32,000 bases of DNA, from the NCBI RefSeq assembly GCF_002945325.1, contig NZ_CP026606.1, forward strand, positions 1,080,001 to 1,112,000. The letters are read 5' to 3'. The translations under genes were made by a program, and so were the position numbers. The notes under the pieces are model-generated. The model did no database searches. It had not been told where the DNA came from and saw only the letters and a list, made by a program, of their open reading frames with translations. The stretch comes from Methanococcus maripaludis. GTDB lineage: Archaea; AGJL01; Methanococci; Methanococcales; Methanococcaceae. Positions 18,911 to 29,224 of this stretch are shown piece by piece; position 1 is the first letter of the stretch, and each line of letters starts with the position of its first letter.

Positions 18911-20101
18911 TTATTTTTTTAATTTTTCGATATGGTTTAAAACTGCAATAACACTCATTGCAACCCCTTCAACTTCGATTCCACCGACTCCTTTTACGCC
19001 ATCTCCAACAAGTAATAAGTTGTTTTTAACGATTGGATTTAAGTCAGTTCCATTTGAGGCATGATTTACAGGCCAACCATTACCGTAACTTTGGATAGAT
19101 ATTACTTCGTAATCTTTTCCACCAAATAATGATTCAACATCATTTAAAGCAAGGTTTATCTCTTCTTTAGTATTGTTTTTTATTTGGGTTGCATGTAGCA
19201 TTATTAAATTGTAGTCTTCCTTTGCCAAACTCCTGTCAACGTTTGAAGGCTGGTTTAAACCGTTAATTCTTTCACAATCTGTTGTAAATATGACACTTGC
19301 GCCATCCACGAGACTAGATTTACTTGCAACGTTTATTTTTATTCCTTTTGATGGAACCGGCTCTTTTTCAATAAATTTAATATTTGAAAGGCTTTCCGTT
19401 ACTTTTGGAGATGCATTGCTGATTATTATGTCAAATGGTTCTGAATCAATAAAAGCACCATTTTCTTCAACTTCAATTTTTTCTACCGTATGATTTGTGT
19501 GGATTTTCCCGCCGTTTTTATTAATTATTTCAATAAGGCTATCTGTAACGCCCTTGCAACCACCAACCGGAATTCCTGGGCCCCCAAATTTATGGTATAA
19601 TTTACTTATTTCGATAATTTCTGACATTGGGGTATCATATGCATTTAAACTTAAAGCCCAACCACTAAATGAGTTTCCAACAGCAAGGGCAAGAGGAATA
19701 TCCTCTAAAAATTCACCAAATGACATATTTTTGTCGATTTTTCCAAGTTTAAGGCTTGCAGCAAGTTTTAATGCTTTTAATTTTTCTTTTGCACTAACTA
19801 ATCCAAAAATGTCTTTATAAAGATGATTTTTTCCATTTATTCTAAAATAACCGTCCGGCACGGAATTTACTATTTTTACATTACTTCCTGCTCTTCGAAG
19901 GGTTTGTGCTAAATACCCGTAGTTTCCATGAGGGATCATGTGAAGGGCTCCTGTTGTCAGTTGGAATCCTTTGTAGGGAATATTTGTAAATCTACCTCCA
20001 ACAAATGGAAGTTTTTCGTAAATTGTAACTGAGTGTTCTTTTGATAAAATTGCACCGCTTAATAGGCCCCCAAGGCCTGCTCCAATAATTCCAATCTTCA
20101 T
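18911..20101 (-). CDS. FAD/NAD(P)-dependent oxidoreductase, phytoene desaturase/CrtI-like superfamily
   Basis: 'MKIGIIGAGLGGLLSGAILSKEHSVTIYEKLPFVGGRF' Rossmann motif, 'GGPGIPVGGCKGVTDSLIEIINKNGGKIHTNHTV' and C-terminal 'NLLLVGDGVKGVGGIEVEGVAMS'. ORF track start is 20110 (GTG); ATG 20101 is preferred. Confidence 0.78.
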   Translation of the reverse strand: MKIGIIGAGLGGLLSGAILSKEHSVTIYEKLPFVGGRFTNIPYKGFQLTTGALHMIPHGNYGYLAQTLRRAGSNVKIVNSVPDGYFRINGKNHLYKDIFGLVSAKEKLKALKLAASLKLGKIDKNMSFGEFLEDIPLALAVGNSFSGWALSLNAYDTPMSEIIEISKLYHKFGGPGIPVGGCKGVTDSLIEIINKNGGKIHTNHTVEKIEVEENGAFIDSEPFDIIISNASPKVTESLSNIKFIEKEPVPSKGIKINVASKSSLVDGASVIFTTDCERINGLNQPSNVDRSLAKEDYNLIMLHATQIKNNTKEEINLALNDVESLFGGKDYEVISIQSYGNGWPVNHASNGTDLNPIVKNNLLLVGDGVKGVGGIEVEGVAMSVIAVLNHIEKLKK

Positions 20102-20155
20102 AAACATCACTTAAAAAAATTTAAAATAAAAATAAGTTGAAAAAATAGTAGTTAA

Positions 20156-21379
20156 TTATCCGTACATTACGGTTAATTGTGGCATGTCGTAACTGCATTT
20201 TTCTTTCTTACCTGTGATTTTTGAGATAGCTTCTCTGAAGTCATCCATTTTGATGAATTCTCTTTCTTCTCTTATTGCAAACATACCAGCTTCAGTACAT
20301 ACTGCTTTTAAGTCAGCACCGACCATGTTTTCTGCAATTTTTGCAACTTCTCTTAAGTCCACACCTTTAAGGTTCATTTTTTCAGTGTGGATTTTTAAGA
20401 TTTCGAGTCTTCCATCTTCATCAGGCATTGAAATTTCAATGATTCTATCAAATCTTCCAGGTCTGAGTATTGCAGGATCTAAAATGTCTGGTCTGTTTGT
20501 CGCAGCAATGATTTTTACATCGCCTCTTGAATCAAAACCATCCATTTCTGCAAGAAGCTGCATTAAAGTTCTTTGAACTTCTCTATCTCCACCGGTTAAT
20601 GATTCAGTTCTTTTGCTTGCAACTGCATCGATTTCATCAATAAATATGATGCAGGGGGATTTTTCTTTTGCAAGTTTGAAAACATCTCTTACAAGTTTTG
20701 CACCTTCACCGATGAATTTTTTGACGAGTTCTGAGCCGACAACTCTAACAAATGATGCATTGGTTTCGTATGCAACAGCTTTTGCAAGGAGCGTTTTTCC
20801 AGTTCCTGGCGGACCATAGAGTAATACTCCTTTTGGTGGAACGATACCCACTTTTTCAAATAATTCTGGGTTTTTAAGTGGGAGTTCTACTACTTCTTTA
20901 ATATCTCTAATCTGGTTGTTCAAACCACCGATATCTTCAAAGGAAATGTCTGGTTTTTCCTCGATTTCCATTGCCATAGCTCGGTAGTCTTTTTCTTTAG
21001 GCAATACTTCAACAATCGCTAAAGTCTGCTGGTTTAAACAAACTCTTGCTCCTGGAACAATATCCTCAGGATCTACGAATTGTGAAAGGTTTACAAGGAA
21101 GTTTGGCCCTGTAGAACTTTTAACAACAGCCTTTCTTTCATTTACTTTATCAAGTATTGTACCGAGTATGAGTGGTGGAATTCTTAATTTATCAAGTTCT
21201 CGCTTTAATATTTCATTTTCTTTTTTAATTTGTACATTCTCTCTATTAATATCTTTATTTTTTAATTCCAATCTCAATACTTTGCTTTCTAACTCTGCGA
21301 TCTGAGTTTTTTCTTTAAATTCTTTTAAATCCATTTTATTTTTTTCTATATCTGTGGAATAATCATCTGGGTAACTCAT
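20156..21379 (-). CDS. pan: Proteasome-activating nucleotidase (PAN)
   Basis: N-terminal coiled coil, OB region, '[36 protein letters not shown]', '[14 protein letters not shown]', '[20 protein letters not shown]' and C-terminal HbYX-like 'VMYG'. Confidence 0.95.
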   Translation of the reverse strand: MSYPDDYSTDIEKNKMDLKEFKEKTQIAELESKVLRLELKNKDINRENVQIKKENEILKRELDKLRIPPLILGTILDKVNERKAVVKSSTGPNFLVNLSQFVDPEDIVPGARVCLNQQTLAIVEVLPKEKDYRAMAMEIEEKPDISFEDIGGLNNQIRDIKEVVELPLKNPELFEKVGIVPPKGVLLYGPPGTGKTLLAKAVAYETNASFVRVVGSELVKKFIGEGAKLVRDVFKLAKEKSPCIIFIDEIDAVASKRTESLTGGDREVQRTLMQLLAEMDGFDSRGDVKIIAATNRPDILDPAILRPGRFDRIIEISMPDEDGRLEILKIHTEKMNLKGVDLREVAKIAENMVGADLKAVCTEAGMFAIREEREFIKMDDFREAISKITGKKEKCSYDMPQLTVMYG

Positions 21380-21684
21380 GATTTACCTCCGTAATAAATA
21401 TGATAAAAATAGTTCTATATAGCGCTTTCTCATTGATTTTCTTTCTCGCAAAACAGTTTTTACACCTATCGAAAACATTTTTACAACTATTATTCAATAA
21501 GGGTATATGTTTATAATTTATTTGGACTATATAAATTTATGGATATAATATATAAATAGCAAAAATAGATAATATTAAATAATTGAAGATATATTCTCTA
21601 ATGAAGCATTTACCATTTGAATGCTATGTAATCAGGATAACTTGGACAAAAATATCTTTAAATTTAGTATATTAAGGTGTAGGT

Positions 21685-22161
21685 ATGCAATGCGAACTCT
21701 GCGGAAAAGAGGTTACGAATATCATTAAAACAAGAGTAGAAGGCGTAGAAATGAATGTTTGCGAGGCTTGCGCAAAATTTGGAATGTCGCCTAAAGGATA
21801 TTCTAGAAAACCAAAGGCAGTATTCAAAAATGAAACAAAACAAAAACAAGCTAAAAGACCTAGAAGAGACATGTTTGATAATTTAAAAACCCTAGTCGAA
21901 GATTACGGTTCTCTTGTAAAAGAAGCAAGGGAAAAGAAAAACATGACTTTAGAGGAACTTTCAAGAGCTGTTGGAATTAAAGAATCCCTCATTCATAAAA
22001 TAGAAAGAAATGAAATCGAGCCTGAGGAAAAATACGTAAAAATCCTTGAAAAAGAACTTGGAATTTCTTTCTACGAAGAAGGAGATCTAAATTACGAAAC
22101 AAGCAATGAAGATAGTGAATTTACTCTTGGAGACTTCATTAAAGTTAAAAAAAGAAAATAA
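21685..22161 (+). CDS. Archaeal multiprotein-bridging-factor-like protein (aMBF1): zinc ribbon plus HTH
   Basis: 'CELCGKE...NVCEACAKFG' zinc ribbon followed by 'LVKEAREKKNMTLEELSRAVGIKESLIHKIERNEIEPEEKYVKILEKELGI' HTH. Confidence 0.9.
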   Translation: MQCELCGKEVTNIIKTRVEGVEMNVCEACAKFGMSPKGYSRKPKAVFKNETKQKQAKRPRRDMFDNLKTLVEDYGSLVKEAREKKNMTLEELSRAVGIKESLIHKIERNEIEPEEKYVKILEKELGISFYEEGDLNYETSNEDSEFTLGDFIKVKKRK

Positions 22162-22169
22162 CTTAATAA

Positions 22170-22943
22170 TTAATTTATCAATGTTCCTTTTACATTTTTT
22201 AAAAGGGCATTGTATATATTTCTTTTTTTATTTCCATTGAAAATTATCGTTTTAATGCCTAATTTGTAGCATTCCATTACTTTTAGATGCATTCCACCCG
22301 TTACATCTTTTTTATTTGATGGTTTCAACGATTTTAAAACATCATTGATATTTTTTGAATTAATATTCTCGATTATTTTAAACTCTGAATCCCATACTCC
22401 ATCGACGTCCGATGCATGAAGGCTTAAATCAGGATTTAATTTTTTTGAAAGAAATGGAAGTGCATGATCTCCTGAAAAAATCTTGAAATTATCTGTTTTT
22501 TCATCAATTACGATATCTCCATGAATTACTGGAATCAATCCCTTATCGAGCATTTTTTCAACTGCGTTAGTGTCAAAATGTAAATTTGAATCATTATCAA
22601 AAGTAATGAATGACGAAGCTTGAATTGAAACTGCAGGAATTTCAAAGTTTTGAAGTTCTTCAATTACAATGTTGTTGAATTTACGCATTGCTTTTTGAAT
22701 TTCCCAGTATCCTTTTTCCATATTTTCAAATTTTCCATCTTTAAGATATTTTTTTGCAACAGGGTGGCCAAAAGAGCCTCCACCATGAACAATAATTAGT
22801 TTAAACTCTTCGTTTTTAGATTTGTAGTATTCAATTGATTCTTTTATTTCAATCGCGATATTTTCTAAATTTTCCCAGTTTATTGAGTAAGGGATGTTTT
22901 TATCGCAGAGGATGCTCCCGCCTAGTTTTAAGATTGCAAACAT
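22170..22943 (-). CDS. Isopentenyl phosphate kinase (amino acid kinase family)
   Basis: 'AILKLGGSILCDK', 'LIIVHGGGSFGHPVAKKY', 'PVIHGDIV', 'KIFSGDHALPFLSKKL' and 'LHASDVDGVWD' are diagnostic of IPK. Confidence 0.93.
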   Translation of the reverse strand: MFAILKLGGSILCDKNIPYSINWENLENIAIEIKESIEYYKSKNEEFKLIIVHGGGSFGHPVAKKYLKDGKFENMEKGYWEIQKAMRKFNNIVIEELQNFEIPAVSIQASSFITFDNDSNLHFDTNAVEKMLDKGLIPVIHGDIVIDEKTDNFKIFSGDHALPFLSKKLNPDLSLHASDVDGVWDSEFKIIENINSKNINDVLKSLKPSNKKDVTGGMHLKVMECYKLGIKTIIFNGNKKRNIYNALLKNVKGTLIN

Positions 22944-22964
22944 GGATATACACCAAAAAAAAGA

Positions 22965-23816
22965 TTATTGGGGGTTTTCTGTAAAATAAGGTAGCGTTTC
23001 ATTTGTAGTTATTAAAATAGGTTTATCAATTTCTTTTAATCTTTCAAATAAAAGTTCTTTTCCAGAATTTGAAAGTGCAAAAATTGGAACTCCGCTTCCA
23101 GCCTGCGCTTTTATATTAAATGATTTTGATTTTAAAAGGTTTTTCGATGCACATGCTGAAATTAAGTCGATATATTGTAGATATTCATCATAATCTGAAA
23201 GACCAATTCCTGTCGTATGAACTCCAAAAGTTATGATTTTTACATCATTCTTTTCCAACTTTTTTATTTCTAAAGCATCTTTTAAATTGGAAACTGAAAC
23301 TCCGATTTTTTTGTAGCCCAGTTTAATTGCAAGTTCTACTCCCTTAATCTGATTAATCAAAGCATCATCTTTTGACAAAACTATTCCGTTAGCTTCTTCA
23401 ATTTTTTCGATTACTTCTTTTATTGGGGTAGTCTGAATAATTCCAGAAATCCTTCCGCAAAGTCCTTGAACGAGTTTCGGGTTATTTGTAATAACAGTTC
23501 CAGCACAGTCACTTACAACAACAACAGCATCTAAAAATCCTTTTTTTAAAGCACTCATAAAAATTTCAGAGGTTCCAAATCCAACAAAGGGCGAATCATC
23601 TAAAACAACCCTGTTTTTTGTAAACAAACCAAAACTTTCAATCCGAAATTCAACGTTTTTCTGGATTGATTCTTTGTTAATTTCGTTAATTCCTCGATGT
23701 TTTGCAAAAAGTGGGCAAAAAGAGATAATAGGATCGCTAACATCGACTATTTTTCCATTTTTTACGGTAACTTTCGCGTTTCCGAGAACTTCCATTACGT
23801 GGATATCATCAGTCAA
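22965..23816 (-). CDS. Methanogenesis marker protein 8 (DUF2099)
   Basis: 'PIISFCPLFAKHRG', 'DDSPFVGFGTSEIFMSALKKGFLDAVVVVSDCAGTVITNNPKLVQGLCGRISGIIQTTPI'. The start is uncertain: TTG 23816, or an internal ATG giving MEVLGNAKV. Confidence 0.82.
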   Translation of the reverse strand: MTDDIHVMEVLGNAKVTVKNGKIVDVSDPIISFCPLFAKHRGINEINKESIQKNVEFRIESFGLFTKNRVVLDDSPFVGFGTSEIFMSALKKGFLDAVVVVSDCAGTVITNNPKLVQGLCGRISGIIQTTPIKEVIEKIEEANGIVLSKDDALINQIKGVELAIKLGYKKIGVSVSNLKDALEIKKLEKNDVKIITFGVHTTGIGLSDYDEYLQYIDLISACASKNLLKSKSFNIKAQAGSGVPIFALSNSGKELLFERLKEIDKPILITTNETLPYFTENPQ

Positions 23817-23839
23817 TTAAGCCACCATTCTTAAGTTAT

Positions 23840-24232
23840 TTATTCTTCTTCAATTTTGGGAGTTTCTTCTTTTACCATTCTTTCGATTGTGGTATTTGAA
23901 GGGACTGCTAAAACTTTGGTTTCACAGAGTCTTACTATTTTTCCGCCAGTTTTTCCAACTTTTTCTTTTAAACTGGATAAAATTTTTGCGTAGTCGTCAT
24001 CAAGATCTCTTTCAAGGTTGATCGTGTTTGCAATAACTAAATAACCTGCTTCAGTTAAAACAGCTATATCTGTTGCATCTTTGAAGTCTTCTAAATCGCA
24101 AACTTTAATTTTTATAGTTTCGAGTCCTTCGTAGCCTTTTACTGGGAGTTCTACGTATTCTTCAATAGGTACAGGACTGCTTGTTTTTAATGAATCGCCT
24201 GAAATCATTTTTTTGATTTTTTTGAACAACAC
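23840..24232 (-). CDS. sepF: SepF-like archaeal cell division protein (DUF552)
   Basis: 'YVELPVKGYEGLETIKIKVCDLEDFKDATDIAVLTEAGYLVIANTINLERDLDDDYAKILSSLKEKVGKTGGKIVRLCETKVLAVP'. N-terminal 'MLFKKIKKMISG' resembles an amphipathic membrane-targeting helix. TTG start with GGTGAT upstream. Confidence 0.85.
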   Translation of the reverse strand: MLFKKIKKMISGDSLKTSSPVPIEEYVELPVKGYEGLETIKIKVCDLEDFKDATDIAVLTEAGYLVIANTINLERDLDDDYAKILSSLKEKVGKTGGKIVRLCETKVLAVPSNTTIERMVKEETPKIEEE

Positions 24233-24235
24233 AGA

Positions 24236-24790
24236 TCACCTTCTCAATATTTCTATGATTGTACTTAGTAATTCCCCGATACCTTCGTACGTGTTTGAGG
24301 ATGTGAAAAAAACCTTGTTTTCCAATCTCCCCTCAACATACTTTCGCAGATCTTCTCGTTTGGAATTTTCTATCAAGTCACATTTATTAATAACTACTAT
24401 AATAGGTTTTCGATATCGGAATTTCAATAAGTGGTGCAGTTTTTCGAAACTTTTGAATAAGTCAGTACTTCCATCGATTATGTGGATTATCAAGTCCGAG
24501 TCATCAATTTCTTCATAAGTTTTTTCAAGAACGCTGCCGACCATAACAACCGATCTATTTTCGCCTGCGTAGAGTCCGCCCAAATCTACAAACGTGATTT
24601 TTGCAAAATCCGGATTAATTTTTTGTTTCCCTATCTTAATTTTGCCCCAGAACTTTTTTACGGGCATTTTGGTGGTTCCACCAACTTCTGAAACTTCTGA
24701 AATGTTTTTTCCGAAAATGGAATTTACTAACGACGATTTTCCAGAATTTTCCGGGCCAACAAGTGCTATTTTAAACTGGTGTTCTTCCAT
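24236..24790 (-). CDS. Small Ras/Arf-like P-loop GTPase
   Basis: G1 'GPENSGKS', switch region 'GGTTKMPV', G3 'FVDLGG', G4 'NKCD', G5-like 'FTSSNTYEGIGEL'. Confidence 0.85.
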   Translation of the reverse strand: MEEHQFKIALVGPENSGKSSLVNSIFGKNISEVSEVGGTTKMPVKKFWGKIKIGKQKINPDFAKITFVDLGGLYAGENRSVVMVGSVLEKTYEEIDDSDLIIHIIDGSTDLFKSFEKLHHLLKFRYRKPIIVVINKCDLIENSKREDLRKYVEGRLENKVFFTSSNTYEGIGELLSTIIEILRR

Positions 24791-24865
24791 TTTTATCCCA
24801 AAGTTTGTTAATTATAAAGTATAATAAAACATAATATTTAATGTATAACAATTTTTAGGGATAAC

Positions 24866-25657
24866 ATGAAACTCGCGGTAGTTTTTGATGCATCGGGCAC
24901 TCTTGTAAGCATAAGAAGAATTATCAAAAATGTGATTACTCAGAAGTTTTTATGCAACTGCCAGACAGTTGATATTGTAGATCAGAAAGAAGGAAGAAGC
25001 CTCGTAATTTTAAAAGAAAATCCCCTTGAAGTATTAGATAATGAAAACCCCGACATTTTAATTTCAAGTTTTTTAAATGGTGTAAACTGGGGAATTTCTT
25101 ACTGCAACCCTCCAATTGACAAATCTGGAATTTTTAAGGACAATGAAACAAAATTAAAAGAACTTCAGGACCCTTTAACAGTTTTAAAAAGATTTGATAT
25201 TGAAACAGATTATGGTTCAGCAATTATTGCAGATACAATCTCGGGTAGGATAGAATATACGGTTGCAACAGGGGGTTGTATTTTCCCAGAAGTTTCAAAA
25301 ACAATTCAGGCCCTCGAAAATATGGGTGCATCTGTCTTTATTGCATCGGGAGACAGCAGAAAATTCATAGAACGGCTTGGAAATATTGTTGGAGTTCAAA
25401 ATAAGTGTTTAATGCCTGAAGCCCACCATAAATTAAAAAGAGACCTTATTTTAAATTTAAAACAGGAAGGATATACTGTAGTAATGGTTGGGGATGCATC
25501 AAACGATATTTTAGCAATGGAAGAAAGCGATTTATCAGTTATAACTCTTCAAAACGGAAATGTATCAAAAAAAGCTCTCGAAACAGCACAGGTAAAAATT
25601 GAAAATATCTCAGAAATAGTTGATATAGTTAAAAATTACATGAATGAAAAAAAATAA
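24866..25657 (+). CDS. HAD-superfamily hydrolase, soluble P-type ATPase-like phosphatase
   Basis: Motif I-like 'VVFDASGTLV', motif II 'VFIASGDS', motif III/IV 'VVMVGDASNDILAMEESD'. Confidence 0.82.
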   Translation: MKLAVVFDASGTLVSIRRIIKNVITQKFLCNCQTVDIVDQKEGRSLVILKENPLEVLDNENPDILISSFLNGVNWGISYCNPPIDKSGIFKDNETKLKELQDPLTVLKRFDIETDYGSAIIADTISGRIEYTVATGGCIFPEVSKTIQALENMGASVFIASGDSRKFIERLGNIVGVQNKCLMPEAHHKLKRDLILNLKQEGYTVVMVGDASNDILAMEESDLSVITLQNGNVSKKALETAQVKIENISEIVDIVKNYMNEKK

Positions 25658-25662
25658 TTTAA

Positions 25663-26892
<1,230 letters not shown>

Positions 26893-27009
26893 TTAAATTT
26901 ATGGTACTCTCGATAAAAATACTAAAAGCATAATTGAATTTATATTATTTAAATCTTCCTTTTTTAAAATAACACAAAAATTCAAGTAATATATGTAGAT
27001 TTTTTGATT

Positions 27010-28212
27010 TTATCTATTTTTAATCAGTTTTTCAATCTTTTCAAGCTTTTTAACAATTTCTAGGGAATTATCCCCGAGAATTGTTAAATTGGGTTTTTTT
27101 TCTTCAAAATATAGAATATCCGAAAAGTTTTCATCGAAAAGAGTTCTGGATCTGTTCTGAATTAATTCTTCTTTTAATGACGAAATAGGGTCATTTAAAA
27201 GTTTCATCGGACATATTGAAAGTTTTGAGTTTTCCAATTTACTTTTAATCGATTCATCACTTTTTAAAGAAATGCAGGATCTTATTTTTGGATTAAATTC
27301 TTTTAATTTTAATAATAAATCTGAATTAGTATTTGAAATTCCAAAGTTGATATCTCCGTTATTTTTGACTGTTGCAATATCTAAATACGTTTCTGGTAAA
27401 AGAATACTTTCTGAAATTATAAAATTAGGATCAGCTAACGAAATGTCTATATTTTTAAGTAAATTAAATGCATAGGCTAAATTTTTTTCAACAGATTCTT
27501 TATCAATACTTGTTGGATTTGAATTGTATCCAAATTTTGTTTTTTCCGCGTAGATTACTGATCCTAACACAAATTCTTTTGCAGATACTATTGAATCTTT
27601 AACAGTCATTCCAGTGGATAAAAAACAGGTGATTGCAGAAGAATATGTGCAACCCGTTCCGTGAACTTCTTTTTCAACGTATTTTCCAGTTATTTCGATA
27701 TTTTTATTATTAATTTTTAAAACATCTGTTTTTCCGGTTACAAGTACATTAATATCATTTAAATTGGATTTGGACGTTTCAAACATTTTTTCAATGATTT
27801 CAAACTCTTTTAAATTTGGAGTTATCAAAAAGCACTCTTTAAAAAATTCGAAATACTTTTTATTTAAAAAATCATCAGAAAATTCGAAATCTGTGGTTGA
27901 TTTTAAAACAGGATCACAAATTATGTTAAAACCATACTTTTCTTTAAATTCCAAAATAATATCAATTGAATCAATGGTTAAAACTCCTGTTTTAACCCAA
28001 TTTACGTCAAAATCTTCAAAAATTGCATCAAATTGTGCTTTTATCTCTTCTTTTGATAGATCTTTTTTTAAAAAAACTTTATTATTATTTTGGGGGATAA
28101 TTGATGTTATTATTGAAAGAGGATTTTTTTGGAGTTCTTTTATCGTTTTTACATCTGCAACGATTCCTGCACCGCCTGTTGGATCAAAACCTCCAACTGT
28201 CAAGATATTCAT
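27010..28212 (-). CDS. thiD: ThiD-type hydroxymethylpyrimidine (phosphate) kinase with divergent C-terminal ThiN-like domain
   Basis: 'ILTVGGFDPTGGAGIVADVKTI', 'VNWVKTGVL', 'IICDPVLKSTTD', 'LITPNLKEFEII' and 'EKEVHGTGCTYSSAI'. The C-terminal ~150 aa resemble ThiN only weakly. ORF track start is 28221; AGGTGATTTTC before ATG 28212 is preferred. Confidence 0.85.
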   Translation of the reverse strand: MNILTVGGFDPTGGAGIVADVKTIKELQKNPLSIITSIIPQNNNKVFLKKDLSKEEIKAQFDAIFEDFDVNWVKTGVLTIDSIDIILEFKEKYGFNIICDPVLKSTTDFEFSDDFLNKKYFEFFKECFLITPNLKEFEIIEKMFETSKSNLNDINVLVTGKTDVLKINNKNIEITGKYVEKEVHGTGCTYSSAITCFLSTGMTVKDSIVSAKEFVLGSVIYAEKTKFGYNSNPTSIDKESVEKNLAYAFNLLKNIDISLADPNFIISESILLPETYLDIATVKNNGDINFGISNTNSDLLLKLKEFNPKIRSCISLKSDESIKSKLENSKLSICPMKLLNDPISSLKEELIQNRSRTLFDENFSDILYFEEKKPNLTILGDNSLEIVKKLEKIEKLIKNR

Positions 28213-28221
28213 GAAAATCAC

Positions 28222-29085
28222 CTAAAAAGAAATTGGAGTGTATTCCCTTTTTATTACCGGAACTTCCGAAACACAGTCGCTGTTTATTGAATTTAGTATA
28301 AATCCATCCATTGTTTTTAAATAAACAAGTAAACATCCTTTAATTGTAACATTTACGTTTGGTGCAACTTTTTTGATTTTTTCAACCAATAACAATAAAT
28401 CTTTTATTTTTCCAACGTTTTCAAGATTTCCAACGTTTTCAAGTTCTTCCAAATTTTCAGGATGAATTACGAGCTGGTGAACCATCATTTCGGAAACTCC
28501 AATTTCATTTAACATTTCACCAAGTTTTATTAATTCTTCATCATTAAACCCGGGAATATATATCGATCTTACGATTGTATGGAAATATTTTGAAGAGAGT
28601 TTTATATTTTCTAAAACTTTTTCAAAAGTATCGTCTTTTACAAGTTTTTCATGCGTTTTTTTGTTTGAAGCACTTAAACTGATCATTACTAAGTCCAAAC
28701 CAAGGTCCTTAAATTCTTTTAAAAGATCTTCGTTTAAGATTACTCCATTGGTCTGTAAATCGCACCGCAACCCTTTAGATTTTACATATTTAATTGCATT
28801 TTTTACTTTTTTTGGATACATCAGTGGTTCGCCATACTGGCTTATGGTAACTGCTTTAAATTTGCTTAAATCTCCGTATAACCCTGGTTTTACACTAGTT
28901 AAATTAGAATAACAGAATATACAGTCATGATTACATTTTTGCGTTATTTCGATAGTCGGGTGGTGATGAGGGTCTTCATTTTTCAGATCCATTCCTTCGC
29001 AACCAATACAGTGTTTTATAACTCTTAAATCACTTACAATATTTTCTAAACGGTCACAAATCTCATTTCTTAACGTTATTTTCAA
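28222..29085 (-). CDS. Radical SAM protein, substrate unknown
   Basis: 'IEITQKCNHDCIFCYSN' (CxxxCxxC), 'ISQYGEPLMYP', 'LQTNGVILNEDLLKEFKDLGLDLVMISLSA' and 'TIVRSIYIPGFNDEE'. Additional upstream 'CIGCEG'. Confidence 0.88.
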   Translation of the reverse strand: MKITLRNEICDRLENIVSDLRVIKHCIGCEGMDLKNEDPHHHPTIEITQKCNHDCIFCYSNLTSVKPGLYGDLSKFKAVTISQYGEPLMYPKKVKNAIKYVKSKGLRCDLQTNGVILNEDLLKEFKDLGLDLVMISLSASNKKTHEKLVKDDTFEKVLENIKLSSKYFHTIVRSIYIPGFNDEELIKLGEMLNEIGVSEMMVHQLVIHPENLEELENVGNLENVGKIKDLLLLVEKIKKVAPNVNVTIKGCLLVYLKTMDGFILNSINSDCVSEVPVIKREYTPISF

Positions 29086-29170
29086 AATTTCACCGGATTA
29101 TTTCGAAAGATATTTATTTTTCAATTTTTAAAATTTATTCTGCATATAATAATATATAGATAAAAGGTAG

Positions 29171-29191
29171 TTGTGTATAGATCTAACACAA
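29171..29191 (+). promoter_or_regulatory. Putative operator copy 1: TTGTGT-N9-ACACAA
   Basis: 'ttgtgtatagatctaacacaa' has 6-bp inverted arms separated by 9 nt, just upstream of the TATA box of the DUF169 gene. Confidence 0.6.
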
Positions 29192-29201
29192 ATAAAAACA
29201 T

Positions 29202-29210
29202 TTATATATT
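29202..29210 (+). promoter_or_regulatory. Putative TATA box of the DUF169 gene
   Basis: 'acatttatatatt' lies about 63-70 nt upstream of ATG 29272. The expected transcription start is near 29230-29236. Confidence 0.55.
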
Positions 29211-29224
29211 ACGGATGTTTATAG

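Noticed and set aside
16643-20819. ORFs within 16643..16879, 17521..17742, 18220..18731, 19290..19820 and 20214..20819
   Set aside because: All overlap confident modA, permease, ATPase, oxidoreductase or PAN genes on the other strand or frame.
21400-21660. Repeated ATATATA/TATAAAT stretches between PAN and aMBF1 as a possible structured element
   Set aside because: AT-only low-complexity sequence in a divergent promoter region. No stem with G/C support or regular repeat unit was found.
21664-21872. ORFs 21664..21849 (-) and 21672..21872 (-)
   Set aside because: Antisense to the aMBF1 gene, which has clear zinc-ribbon and HTH coding.
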